Shown piece after piece: positions 38,882 to 47,572 of a stretch of 64,000 nt of DNA (positions are counted from its first letter, which is position 1; every line of letters starts with the position of its first letter). Location of the stretch: IMG/VR virus record IMGVR_UViG_3300042691_023183, positions 1-64,000 of that record. One strand, given 5' to 3'. The translations under genes and the position numbers were made by a program. The notes beneath the pieces are model-generated. The model was given only the letters and a program-made list of their open reading frames with translations. It was not told where the DNA came from and did no database searches. The DNA comes from a virus.

Positions 38882-39292
38882 ATGAAGAAGACAAATCGAC
38901 AGAATAAGACTGGACTTAGCGTGAATTGGCCAACTGGCTTTTACACGATGGAGACCAGTGAATCACATCCTAACATTACCAGTTTGTGGAGTCAGAATCA
39001 GCATTTTGCTGCTTTGATTACGCTTCGGGTTAGGTTGACGAATGCAATTGAGGCAAATCAGGTGGTTTCTCTGGGTACCATTAAGGGTTCCAAGGGTCGT
39101 CCTAAGTTGGTTTTTGCCAACACTCCGGTGTCTCAAGAAACCATTGAATCTGCTCGTGCAGCTGGCGTTACGCTCAACGATAACATTCCTCACGTTGTGA
39201 ATGTCATGAGTGTGTCTCCTGCTACTGAGGAGGTTTCAGAGGTGGTTGATCATGTGAGTCAGACTGACAAGACTGCCGTCTCTGCGGTTTAA
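38882..39292 (+). CDS. Hypothetical protein, possibly DNA-binding (winged-helix-like GRP motif)
   Basis: SD AAGAAAGG; ITLRVRL..AIE..GTIKGSKGRPKLVF. Confidence 0.55.
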   Translation: MKKTNRQNKTGLSVNWPTGFYTMETSESHPNITSLWSQNQHFAALITLRVRLTNAIEANQVVSLGTIKGSKGRPKLVFANTPVSQETIESARAAGVTLNDNIPHVVNVMSVSPATEEVSEVVDHVSQTDKTAVSAV

Positions 39293-39344
39293 AATAAAGT
39301 AACGGTGTTCACTTTCTATATATATCAAAGGTAACTTTGGTATT

Positions 39345-39623
39345 ATGAGAAAACACTATTACTATTTTGAATTGGCAAAAGGAGATGCGTATTTGTTATA
39401 CGATGGGGAGAGTCTAATAAAATTGGACTCTCCTCTTTCTATTGGCAATGAACGTGAAGTTAAATTGGCTGTAACAAAACTTCCTAAAGATAAAAATGAC
39501 AAATTGCCAATAGTAACTTATTCTGAATTACTAAATGTAAAAATAGAGTCATCTAAGATAGTATTTGACTTTAAGCGTGGTACTACTATAGACTTTGAAG
39601 ATAGAAACAAGAAGAAAACCTAA
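39345..39623 (+). CDS. Hypothetical protein
   Basis: 92-aa ORF, stop overlaps next ATG. Confidence 0.55.
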   Translation: MRKHYYYFELAKGDAYLLYDGESLIKLDSPLSIGNEREVKLAVTKLPKDKNDKLPIVTYSELLNVKIESSKIVFDFKRGTTIDFEDRNKKKT

Positions 39624-40813
39624 TGAACACAGAACATCAATTTTTTGATTTAGACGTATTTAAATTCGATAAGGAAGTAGAAAAAAGAAAGTTCATAGAC
39701 AATATGAACTTTTTGAAATCTATGAGTGTCGAAGAGTCAACGTTCTATAAGAAGTGGGAGGAAGTAAAAGAATATAGTAAGTTTGCAACTAAGTCTGATG
39801 ATGTCTTTTGTAAGATTTGGAAACCCAAGGATCTTAACAACGAAGAGTTGACGTTGCAGCAATTGGAGAAAATGAATCCAACTATGGTTCATGTGGAAAC
39901 TGAACAACAAGAGTTGGATTGGTTGATGTTGCGTGTGTTTTGTCATACGATGGAGTTTAGTCAAACTCCGGGTAGGTTTCTAAAGTTTCTTATTACTGAT
40001 GGTAACGAGGATAATCCCAAGTATCTGGGAGCGGTATCTGTATCAAGTGACGTTATTACGATTCAGGATAGAGATGTTTATCTAGGATGGACACCCAAGA
40101 ACAAGTTGGAAGATGGTAAACTGGTTCATAGTGCAATTGGAAGTTGTATTATGTCAACTCAACCTTTTGGATATAACTTTCTTGGTGGTAAGTTGATAGC
40201 GTGTTTGGTTACATCTTCTGCAGTACGTGATGTATGGAAGAAGTTGTACGGACAAACTTTGGTAGGTATGACGACAACCAGTCTATATGGTAGTTACAGT
40301 ATGTACAACAGTTTGAAGTGGTGGCACAAATGTGGAACCAGCGCTGGTAAGATCCCTATTAAGCCAGATGACACCTTCTATCAAATTTGGCACGATTGGA
40401 TCAAGGAGAATAAATCTAATGAATACATCAAAAAGATGACTCAAAAGGATGATGTCTCTGGACCTGTAACTGGCGCTAAACAACGTGTATTGAGTATGAT
40501 CTTTCAAGAGTTAAAGATTAAAACTCAAGATTACGTTCATGGGTATGAAAGAGGTGTTTATTATAGTTGTTTTTATGAAAATACCAAGGAGTTCTTGAAG
40601 AACGAGATTACTGAAGATCGATTGGTAATGAAAAAATTGTTCGTGGATGACACGAATGTTATAATGAATTGGTGGAAATCTAAGGCAAAAGACCGTTATT
40701 TGAAGTTAAAATCGGAAAATAATCTTAAAAATGACGTTTTGTATTATAGTCCTATGATCGACCTGTCATATCAAGACGCTAAGGAAAAGTTTTTTAAAGA
40801 AGTTGGCCGATGA
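39623..40813 (+). CDS. DUF4338/DruA-like domain protein
   Basis: PGR.LKFLI.D, YLG.VS.SSD, RD.YLGW, QPFGYNFLGGKLIA, W...YG..LVG.TTTSLYG. Confidence 0.65.
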   Translation: MNTEHQFFDLDVFKFDKEVEKRKFIDNMNFLKSMSVEESTFYKKWEEVKEYSKFATKSDDVFCKIWKPKDLNNEELTLQQLEKMNPTMVHVETEQQELDWLMLRVFCHTMEFSQTPGRFLKFLITDGNEDNPKYLGAVSVSSDVITIQDRDVYLGWTPKNKLEDGKLVHSAIGSCIMSTQPFGYNFLGGKLIACLVTSSAVRDVWKKLYGQTLVGMTTTSLYGSYSMYNSLKWWHKCGTSAGKIPIKPDDTFYQIWHDWIKENKSNEYIKKMTQKDDVSGPVTGAKQRVLSMIFQELKIKTQDYVHGYERGVYYSCFYENTKEFLKNEITEDRLVMKKLFVDDTNVIMNWWKSKAKDRYLKLKSENNLKNDVLYYSPMIDLSYQDAKEKFFKEVGR

Positions 40814-40849
40814 GTTCATATTTATAATGTACAATAAATAGGACTCTTT

Positions 40850-41458
40850 GTGCTAGATTTTATTTCTTATAACAGATTTAACACGTTTATAGAACGTTTG
40901 TTGGTGGTGAGAAAAACCCAAGTTTCGCCATCATACGTGGATAACTCCGCAAACGGTTTATTTACTGGACCTGTTGGTACCATTCTTCAAAAGCGTGGTA
41001 ATATCTTTTCGTACAAATATCCCAACGATCCCGATTTTACTGTCATCAATTATACCAATAACACCATTGAAAGGTTGTGTAATAACTATTCTGTGGTATT
41101 AAACAGTGGTGTAAATAAGAATGTAACGTGGGTCAAAAAGGATAACAGTCCGGGCACAAAATGGGAAAATAAAGGTGTTAACAGTCAGATATGTGTAATT
41201 TGTGAAATTACACCTGCTGCGCCATGTACAACACCAATTATCAGTTATATTACACCTACACCTACTCCATCTCCATATACTTATTATGGTGATATTGTTG
41301 TTGGTACATTACGAGTAACTACGTTAATTGTTGACAGTAATACGCCATGTCCACCGACCGGCTCTGGTTCATTTGGACAAGTGAGTATATGTGAAAATTA
41401 CCTGTATATTTACGATGGTACTAAATGGAAACGTTTTGAACTTTCGACTTATTATTGA
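40850..41458 (+). CDS. Hypothetical late protein with PT linker and fibre-type C-terminal beta module
   Basis: TPTPTPSP linker; GSFGQVSICENYLYIYDGTKWKR; TATTTAT at 40819. Confidence 0.55.
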   Translation: MLDFISYNRFNTFIERLLVVRKTQVSPSYVDNSANGLFTGPVGTILQKRGNIFSYKYPNDPDFTVINYTNNTIERLCNNYSVVLNSGVNKNVTWVKKDNSPGTKWENKGVNSQICVICEITPAAPCTTPIISYITPTPTPSPYTYYGDIVVGTLRVTTLIVDSNTPCPPTGSGSFGQVSICENYLYIYDGTKWKRFELSTYY

Positions 41459-41460
41459 TT

Positions 41461-41652
41461 ATGTCAACAACGTATACTGAAATAAGTGCCAGTACAGCTA
41501 CAATCACCACTTTGATTGTGAATGATTCTGGCTCATGCACTCCTACTTCAAGCACCACCGGTACATTTGGTCAAATCATCATTTGTGAAAACTACATCTA
41601 CGTGTATGACGGTGTTCAGTGGAAACGTGGTGAGTTTAGCACATATTCTTAA
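41461..41652 (+). CDS. Small paralogue of the C-terminal module of the preceding gene
   Basis: TTLIV..GTFGQIIICENYIYVYDGVQWKR.E.STY. Confidence 0.65.
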   Translation: MSTTYTEISASTATITTLIVNDSGSCTPTSSTTGTFGQIIICENYIYVYDGVQWKRGEFSTYS

Positions 41653-41694
41653 AAAAGTCTGTACACGACGGTATTTTTATGATACCGTCATCTC

Positions 41695-42621
41695 ATGCGT
41701 AATCATCGTTATAGTCTGTGTTGTATTTCTCTTCAACTCCAAGATCAGGGTATTCAAGCGTCTACCATGACCAAAACACGGTTTCTTCAGTTGGAACGTG
41801 TCAACGCTGAACGTATTGTTGCAGATCGTACTCTCAACAACGTATTTGTAACTCGTAAGACCCTTGAGTTTTGCGCAACTCGTAAGTGGAATTACCGTGT
41901 CAGTAGCGGTTTGATGCCTCTGGAAACTCTTCCTGAAGCCAATCTTTCAATTGAAACTACCTACAACTTTGACAAAATCAAACAAGAGTTTGATTTGTGT
42001 GCGTCAGTGATCAAACAACACAACATTCGTTGTTCAACGCATCCTGACCAATTTGTGGTTCCTGCCAGCGCAAATCCTGCTGTGGCTCAAAAGTCTGTCA
42101 TCGAATTGGAATCTCATGGAAAAATGATGGATTATTTGGGTCTTCCTCAATCATATGAGGCTCCCATCAACATTCATATGAATTGTTTCAAAGGTGCTGA
42201 TCTAAAAGACATCGCAAAACGTTTTATTGACGTATACAACGATCTTTCTGTGTCGGTGAAGCGTAGACTGGTTTTGGAGAACGAAGACAAGCCTAACAGT
42301 TGGAATGTGGAACAGTTGTATGAACACATTTATCAACAGACTGGTATTCCAATTACTTACGACAATCTTCATTTTCGGTGTAATCCGGGTCGTCAAACTG
42401 CTACTGAAGCGTTGAAAATGGCTACAACTACGTGGTCTACGTACATTCCATTGTTTCACTTTAGCGATAACGATCCTTCTGAAAAGAATCCTCGGTCACA
42501 TGGACAATATGTTAGGGATATTCCAGTGGAATATGCCACGTATGATGGCAATTTGGATTTGGAGATGGAGTTTAAAGCCAAAGATTACGCCATTGAAAAA
42601 TTTCAATCTGAGTTGAAATAA
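41695..42621 (+). CDS. uvsE: UV DNA damage endonuclease (UVDE/UvsE)
   Basis: YRVSSGLMP, STHPDQF, INIH, RLVLENED, IPITYDNLH, PLFHFS, PRSH, EMEFKAKD. Confidence 0.9.
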   Translation: MRNHRYSLCCISLQLQDQGIQASTMTKTRFLQLERVNAERIVADRTLNNVFVTRKTLEFCATRKWNYRVSSGLMPLETLPEANLSIETTYNFDKIKQEFDLCASVIKQHNIRCSTHPDQFVVPASANPAVAQKSVIELESHGKMMDYLGLPQSYEAPINIHMNCFKGADLKDIAKRFIDVYNDLSVSVKRRLVLENEDKPNSWNVEQLYEHIYQQTGIPITYDNLHFRCNPGRQTATEALKMATTTWSTYIPLFHFSDNDPSEKNPRSHGQYVRDIPVEYATYDGNLDLEMEFKAKDYAIEKFQSELK

Positions 42622-42634
42622 AAAAACAATTCTG

Positions 42635-42662
42635 TTGACATCCTGAGTATGTATGATATGAT
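42635..42662 (+). promoter_or_regulatory. Strong sigma70-type promoter
   Basis: TTGACA-N16-TATGAT with extended -10 TG. Confidence 0.65.
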
Positions 42663-42723
42663 AGGAGACGTTAGTTACAAAACTAACAAAATAAAAAACT
42701 AAAATACTAAATATAATAAAGTT

Positions 42724-43008
42724 ATGAAGATTATTAATGACGCACGTCGTAAGACGTATTTTGTTCAACGTAAGAACGCCGCAATCAATACTTATATTGC
42801 GGGACCAACCAATGGCGCTCATCGAGCGACCCGTTTGACCCTTCATGTCGGCAAGACCCGACTTGACCTCAACGGTCGTCAGATTCGTGCTCTTCGTAAT
42901 GTCCTCGATACGAGTAAGGCTCTTGCTGGAGTTCGTACCCGTACGGCGATTAAGGCTGCCAAGCCGACAAAGCCTGCTAAGCCTGCTAAGCCGGTTAAGA
43001 CCAAGTAA
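42724..43008 (+). CDS. Small highly basic protein with PAK/KP repeat tail
   Basis: Arg/Lys-rich; ends AAKPTKPAKPAKPVKTK; A-rich leader. Confidence 0.7.
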   Translation: MKIINDARRKTYFVQRKNAAINTYIAGPTNGAHRATRLTLHVGKTRLDLNGRQIRALRNVLDTSKALAGVRTRTAIKAAKPTKPAKPAKPVKTK

Positions 43009-43030
43009 AACTACTAACATAGACAGAGAT

Positions 43031-43180
43031 ATGGGAAAGACTTATAGAAAGAATTCGGATTCTTTTGAACGCAAGAAAAGGAATCGTAGGTTTGAACAAA
43101 GTCTGAGTAAGAACAAGTCCAAGCCAGGAAAATTCGATAAGAATCGACCATTCGGAAGAGACGAAGAAGAATATGCTTAA
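43031..43180 (+). CDS. Small basic hypothetical protein (49 aa)
   Basis: MGKTYRKNSDSFERKKRNRR..; ATG at 43031 preferred to the ORF-track start at 42845. Confidence 0.55.
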   Translation: MGKTYRKNSDSFERKKRNRRFEQSLSKNKSKPGKFDKNRPFGRDEEEYA

Positions 43181-43475
43181 AAAGACTATACTAACCATAA
43201 TGGTAGTATTATCTTTGTTAACCTATAAGTTTGAAGTACTAATACCACTGGGATTCGTCCTAGTGGTATTTTATTTATATCAGGTTCACAAGATGTTACT
43301 TATCAACAAACAAGTTATTGATGAAAATAATGATGACATGAACAGACTTATAACAACTTTACTAAACAACCAAAAGGTGTTATCTTCTGATCTTAAACTG
43401 TTAAGAAATATAAATCATGGCGACAAGAAAAGCATCAACAAAGAAATCCAAAAAAACAACAGCCGAAGAGAGTAG
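43173..43475 (+). CDS. Hypothetical membrane protein with coiled-coil tail
   Basis: Hydrophobic N-terminal ~40 aa then polar heptad region. Confidence 0.55.
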   Translation: MLKKTILTIMVVLSLLTYKFEVLIPLGFVLVVFYLYQVHKMLLINKQVIDENNDDMNRLITTLLNNQKVLSSDLKLLRNINHGDKKSINKEIQKNNSRRE

Positions 43476-43935
43476 TACACCTACTGTTAAAGCCTTGGGG
43501 TTGTTTGATCATGTTAACCACATACGTAATGTTCAAAACCCCAAGTATTTTTCAACACTGAGTGACGCTGATAAAAAGAGTTTTGCTCACGTGATGTTGA
43601 TGAAGTTTTTATCGATGGATCGTAACGCTCTTGATTCACTATCTTATATTGGAAAGTATCAAGACGGTATGCCATCTGAGAACTTTTATCAGGTGTTGAT
43701 TGCAACTGTACCTCGTACTAAATATTTTCATCCTTATATCAAACCAGCCAAGACTAAATACTCACTTGAGTTTTATCAGATGTTGGCACAATGGTATGAA
43801 TGTTCTTCGTCAGAGGCAGAAGAATATGCCGAAATTTTAAGTCAAACAGATAGTGGTTTGACCGAAATGATCAATATATGTAAAGCGTATGGTTTGACTG
43901 AGGAAGAAGTAGAAGGATTGATGACAAATGAGTAA
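43417..43935 (+). CDS. Clamp-loader small subunit (T4 gp62-like)
   Basis: LFDHVNHI, MKFLSM, TVPRTKYFHPYIK, LAQWYECSSSEAEEYAEIL follow the gp62 pattern. Confidence 0.65.
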   Translation: MATRKASTKKSKKTTAEESSTPTVKALGLFDHVNHIRNVQNPKYFSTLSDADKKSFAHVMLMKFLSMDRNALDSLSYIGKYQDGMPSENFYQVLIATVPRTKYFHPYIKPAKTKYSLEFYQMLAQWYECSSSEAEEYAEILSQTDSGLTEMINICKAYGLTEEEVEGLMTNE

Positions 43936-44593
43936 AAAAGTTTATATTGGAATATCTGGTGTTGCAAGAAGTGGTAAAAACTTGTTTTGCGACATTTCGA
44001 AGAAAATTGTCACTGAAACATATGGACTATCATGTAGTTCTTATGCGTTGGCATATTATCTCAAGAATGATTGTAAAGAATTTGTACAAGACAAGTTAGG
44101 ATTGGATGTTTTTACAGAAAATACAGAAGACAAAAAAGTATTTAGAGAAATGCTTGTGTGGTATGGAGATGTAAAACGTAAACAAACCCAAGGACGTTAT
44201 TGGACTGAGAAGCTACAACTTGATTTGGAAAAGGATACTTCGGATGTAATTTTTATAACTGATATTCGTTATAACTTTTACCCGAAAGATGAAGTGTTTT
44301 GGATTTACAATGATTTACATGGTCATTTGATTCACGTTTCTAAGTATACTTATGGTTTCCCTACTGATGGCCGACGTATTCGTAGTGATATTGCCAATAC
44401 AACTCAGAAAATTTGGACAGAACCAGCGAATGACCATGAACGTTGGAACGATCCCAAGGTTAAAGCCGAATCCGATTTTATTGTTGAATGGGAACATATC
44501 AAGTCAGACGGAAAAACATACCAAGATATTGTGAATGATGAAAATCTAAACAAGATTGTATCTCCTATTTACGAAACACTGTTCAAAAAATGA
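43928..44593 (+). CDS. Deoxynucleoside monophosphate kinase (T4 gp1-like)
   Basis: IGISGVARSGKN P-loop, LA..LK, REMLVWYG, ITDIRY. Confidence 0.75.
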   Translation: MSKKVYIGISGVARSGKNLFCDISKKIVTETYGLSCSSYALAYYLKNDCKEFVQDKLGLDVFTENTEDKKVFREMLVWYGDVKRKQTQGRYWTEKLQLDLEKDTSDVIFITDIRYNFYPKDEVFWIYNDLHGHLIHVSKYTYGFPTDGRRIRSDIANTTQKIWTEPANDHERWNDPKVKAESDFIVEWEHIKSDGKTYQDIVNDENLNKIVSPIYETLFKK

Positions 44594-45429
44594 AAGGTAT
44601 TATTTTATCTGGAGGTACCGGGAGTAGGTTGTATCCACTTACATGTGCGAGTAACAAACAGTTATTGCCTGTATTTGATAAACCTATGATTTATTATCCC
44701 TTGTCAACGTTGATTAACAAAGGGATACGTGAAATCATGATCATATCAACACCCAAATGGATCACAGAGTATAAAGCGTTGTTTGGAAATGGAAAACAGT
44801 TGGGGTTAAAGATTGTATATGGTGTACAACCACAACCAAAAGGCATTGCTCAATCATTTTTGATTGCGGAAGATTTCATTAAGAAGGATTCTATATCATT
44901 GATCTTGGGTGATAACATTATTTTTGGCACATCGATTGAAACTTTGTTTTCACCCGCACACATACTTGCGTATCCCGTCACAAACCCACGGGATTATGGC
45001 GTGGTTGAGTTTTCTTATGATGGAAGGGTAAAGTCCATAGAAGAGAAACCCGAAGTGCCTAAGAGTAAATACGCGGTTCCGGGGTTGTATTTTTATGACA
45101 ATACGGTGATTGGTATAGCCAAGAAGTTGAAACCTTCGGCTAGAGGGGAATTGGAAATCACCGACGTTAACAAGGTATATCTTGAAAGAAATGAGTTGTA
45201 TGCTACGTTAATGAAACGAGGATCTGTATGGTTGGACGCTGGTACACCCACAACATTGGCACAAGCTAGTAGTTATGTACAAACTATTCAGGAACGTCAA
45301 GGTATCAAAATTGCGTGTATTGAAGAAGATTGTTTGAATAATGGATTTATACGATTGGATCAATACAAGAATATAATTGAAAAAACACCGAAATCCGAAT
45401 ATAGAAATTATTTGGAATCGATCATTTGA
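44590..45429 (+). CDS. rmlA: Glucose-1-phosphate thymidylyltransferase
   Basis: GIILSGGTGSRLYPLT, KQLLPVFDKPMIYYP, LGDN, EEKP, PSARGELEITDVN, WLDAGT. Confidence 0.95.
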   Translation: MKGIILSGGTGSRLYPLTCASNKQLLPVFDKPMIYYPLSTLINKGIREIMIISTPKWITEYKALFGNGKQLGLKIVYGVQPQPKGIAQSFLIAEDFIKKDSISLILGDNIIFGTSIETLFSPAHILAYPVTNPRDYGVVEFSYDGRVKSIEEKPEVPKSKYAVPGLYFYDNTVIGIAKKLKPSARGELEITDVNKVYLERNELYATLMKRGSVWLDAGTPTTLAQASSYVQTIQERQGIKIACIEEDCLNNGFIRLDQYKNIIEKTPKSEYRNYLESII

Positions 45430-45444
45430 TATATATTACCGGTT

Positions 45445-46308
45445 ATGATTTTATTATTAGGTGCGTCCGGTTATATTGGTAAAGAGTTCAACAAACAGTT
45501 ATTTCAAAATAACGTGCCTGTTAGAACGTGTGGAGTGTCAACAAAAGAGTTGACATATACGCATTTGGAACTGATGCACAAATCATTAAAATTAACTGCA
45601 ATCGTTAATTGTGCTGGGTATACAGGTAAACCAAATGTAGATGCATGTGAGACAGACAAACACAATACGATTTATGGCAACGTAGTCGTACCAGAAATGT
45701 TGTCGTTGTTTTGTCGTAATCATGGAATTACACTGGGACATGTATCGTCTGGGTGTATTTACACAGGACGTAGGTCAGACGGAAAACCATTTACAGAAAA
45801 AGATCGTCCTAACTTTAGTTTTGAACACAATAACTGTAGCTTTTATAGTGGTACTAAAGCTATGGCTGAAGATGTTATTAGACAGAACTGGGGAAATCAT
45901 TATATTTGGAGATTACGTATACCGTTTGAGGAAAATAACAATCCGAGAAACTATCTGTCTAAGATGTTGAATTATAAGAAGTTGTTGGATGCCGAGAATT
46001 CGATATCCAACAAGTATGATTTTGTCAATGCGTGCGTTCAGTCGTTAAAAAAGAATATTCCATATGGCACATACAATGTGACTAATACTGGATTTGTTAC
46101 TACAAAACAAGTAATTGAAAAGATGCAAAAGACTATTGCCAAGGATAAAGTCTTTGAGTTTTTTGATAATGAAGAAGATTTTTATAAGATTGCTGCAAAG
46201 ACTCCACGGTCAAACTGTGTTATGAGCAATGAAAAACTACTGTCAACTGGTATTACTATGAGAACGGTCGATGAAGCCTTGAACTATTGTTTAGAAAATT
46301 GGAAATAA
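45445..46308 (+). CDS. RmlD-family NDP-4-keto-6-deoxysugar reductase, NRS/ER-like (possible 3,5-epimerase/4-reductase)
   Basis: LGASGYIG, NCAGYTGKPNVDACE, SSGCIY, SFYSGTK, RLRIPF, PRSNCV. Confidence 0.8.
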   Translation: MILLLGASGYIGKEFNKQLFQNNVPVRTCGVSTKELTYTHLELMHKSLKLTAIVNCAGYTGKPNVDACETDKHNTIYGNVVVPEMLSLFCRNHGITLGHVSSGCIYTGRRSDGKPFTEKDRPNFSFEHNNCSFYSGTKAMAEDVIRQNWGNHYIWRLRIPFEENNNPRNYLSKMLNYKKLLDAENSISNKYDFVNACVQSLKKNIPYGTYNVTNTGFVTTKQVIEKMQKTIAKDKVFEFFDNEEDFYKIAAKTPRSNCVMSNEKLLSTGITMRTVDEALNYCLENWK

Positions 46309-46309
46309 T

Positions 46310-47572
46310 ATGAAATATACAGAAAAAGTTACAAATTGTCGAGTATCAAATGATCAACTTGTTCCATTGTTTACATTGGGAAATTTATTCATTTCAAACT
46401 TTGTTAAGGATCAACCATCAGATGATTTCAAGTCTGAAATGAAGTTGATGTATTCACCTACATCAAAGTTGGTTCAGTTGGAACAGGGCGCTGATCCAAA
46501 CAAAATGTATGGTCAATATTGGTATCGTTCAGGTACAAATCAAACTATGCGTAATCAACTCAAGAATGTGGTTGACAGCTGTATGATGGTTCACAGCCCA
46601 AAGTCTGACAATCCTCTATGGTTGGACATTGCGTGTAATGATGGAACACTATTGAGTTATGTGCCGACACCATATTCAAGGTTAGGGATTGATCCTGCCG
46701 ATGACTCTTATACCAAAGAGAGTGTTAAGTTCGCAGATCAAGTAGTACAGGATTATTTTTCAAAATCAGCGTTTGATAGAAGTTTATTCAAAGGACGTAA
46801 GTGTGATGTAATCACTTGTATCGCAATGTTTTATGATCTACCAGATCCAGTTTCCTTTTTAAACGAGGTTCATGAAGTATTACACGATGAAGGATTGTTC
46901 GTAGTACAAATGAGTTACACTCCATTGATGATTCAACAGATGGCGTTTGATAATATCTGTCACGAACACTTGATGTATTATTCTTTACACTCTTTCAAGT
47001 ATGTTGCCGAAAAGGCTAATTTTAAGATTGTTGATTGTGAGTTGAACGATGTCAATGGAGGATCGTTCAGAGTTTATTTGCAGAAGAATATTGCTAAAGT
47101 TACATCATATGCTACTGCTCCTTATCGTGATGTTGCACGTTATCGTGTAAATTCCACTTTAGAATATGAAAACAAGATCGGTGCAAATACCATTGAGTTT
47201 TACATGGACTTTTATAGGAAACTTCAAGAGTTAAAGGAAAAGACTTATAATTTCATCAAACAAGAAAAGGAAAAGGGTAAGAGTATTTGGGTATACGGAG
47301 CGTCAACCAAAGGAAACACTCTTCTTCAATATTTTGGATTGGATAAAACGTTGATTGATGGTGCGGCAGAACGTAGTCCATATAAGTTTGGATTAAAGAC
47401 AGTTGGAACTGACATTACAATTTATTCCGAACAAGATATGAGAAAGGCTAATCCGGATTATCTTTTGGTATTGCCTTGGCATTTTATTGATGAATTTAAG
47501 AGACGTGAGTCAACATATCTAATGACGGGTGGTCATTTTATAGTTCCATGTCCAGTATTTGAAATTGTATGA
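46310..47572 (+). CDS. NDP-sugar C-methyltransferase
   Basis: Y.YRSGTN, LDIACNDGTLL, FDNICHEHL.YY, NGGSFR, YGASTKGNTLLQY, LVLPWHF. Confidence 0.85.
   Translation: MKYTEKVTNCRVSNDQLVPLFTLGNLFISNFVKDQPSDDFKSEMKLMYSPTSKLVQLEQGADPNKMYGQYWYRSGTNQTMRNQLKNVVDSCMMVHSPKSDNPLWLDIACNDGTLLSYVPTPYSRLGIDPADDSYTKESVKFADQVVQDYFSKSAFDRSLFKGRKCDVITCIAMFYDLPDPVSFLNEVHEVLHDEGLFVVQMSYTPLMIQQMAFDNICHEHLMYYSLHSFKYVAEKANFKIVDCELNDVNGGSFRVYLQKNIAKVTSYATAPYRDVARYRVNSTLEYENKIGANTIEFYMDFYRKLQELKEKTYNFIKQEKEKGKSIWVYGASTKGNTLLQYFGLDKTLIDGAAERSPYKFGLKTVGTDITIYSEQDMRKANPDYLLVLPWHFIDEFKRRESTYLMTGGHFIVPCPVFEIV

Noticed and set aside
42845-43030. ORF-track 5' extension of the 43031 gene
   Set aside because: Overlaps the 42724 gene out of frame; ATG at 43031 fits better.
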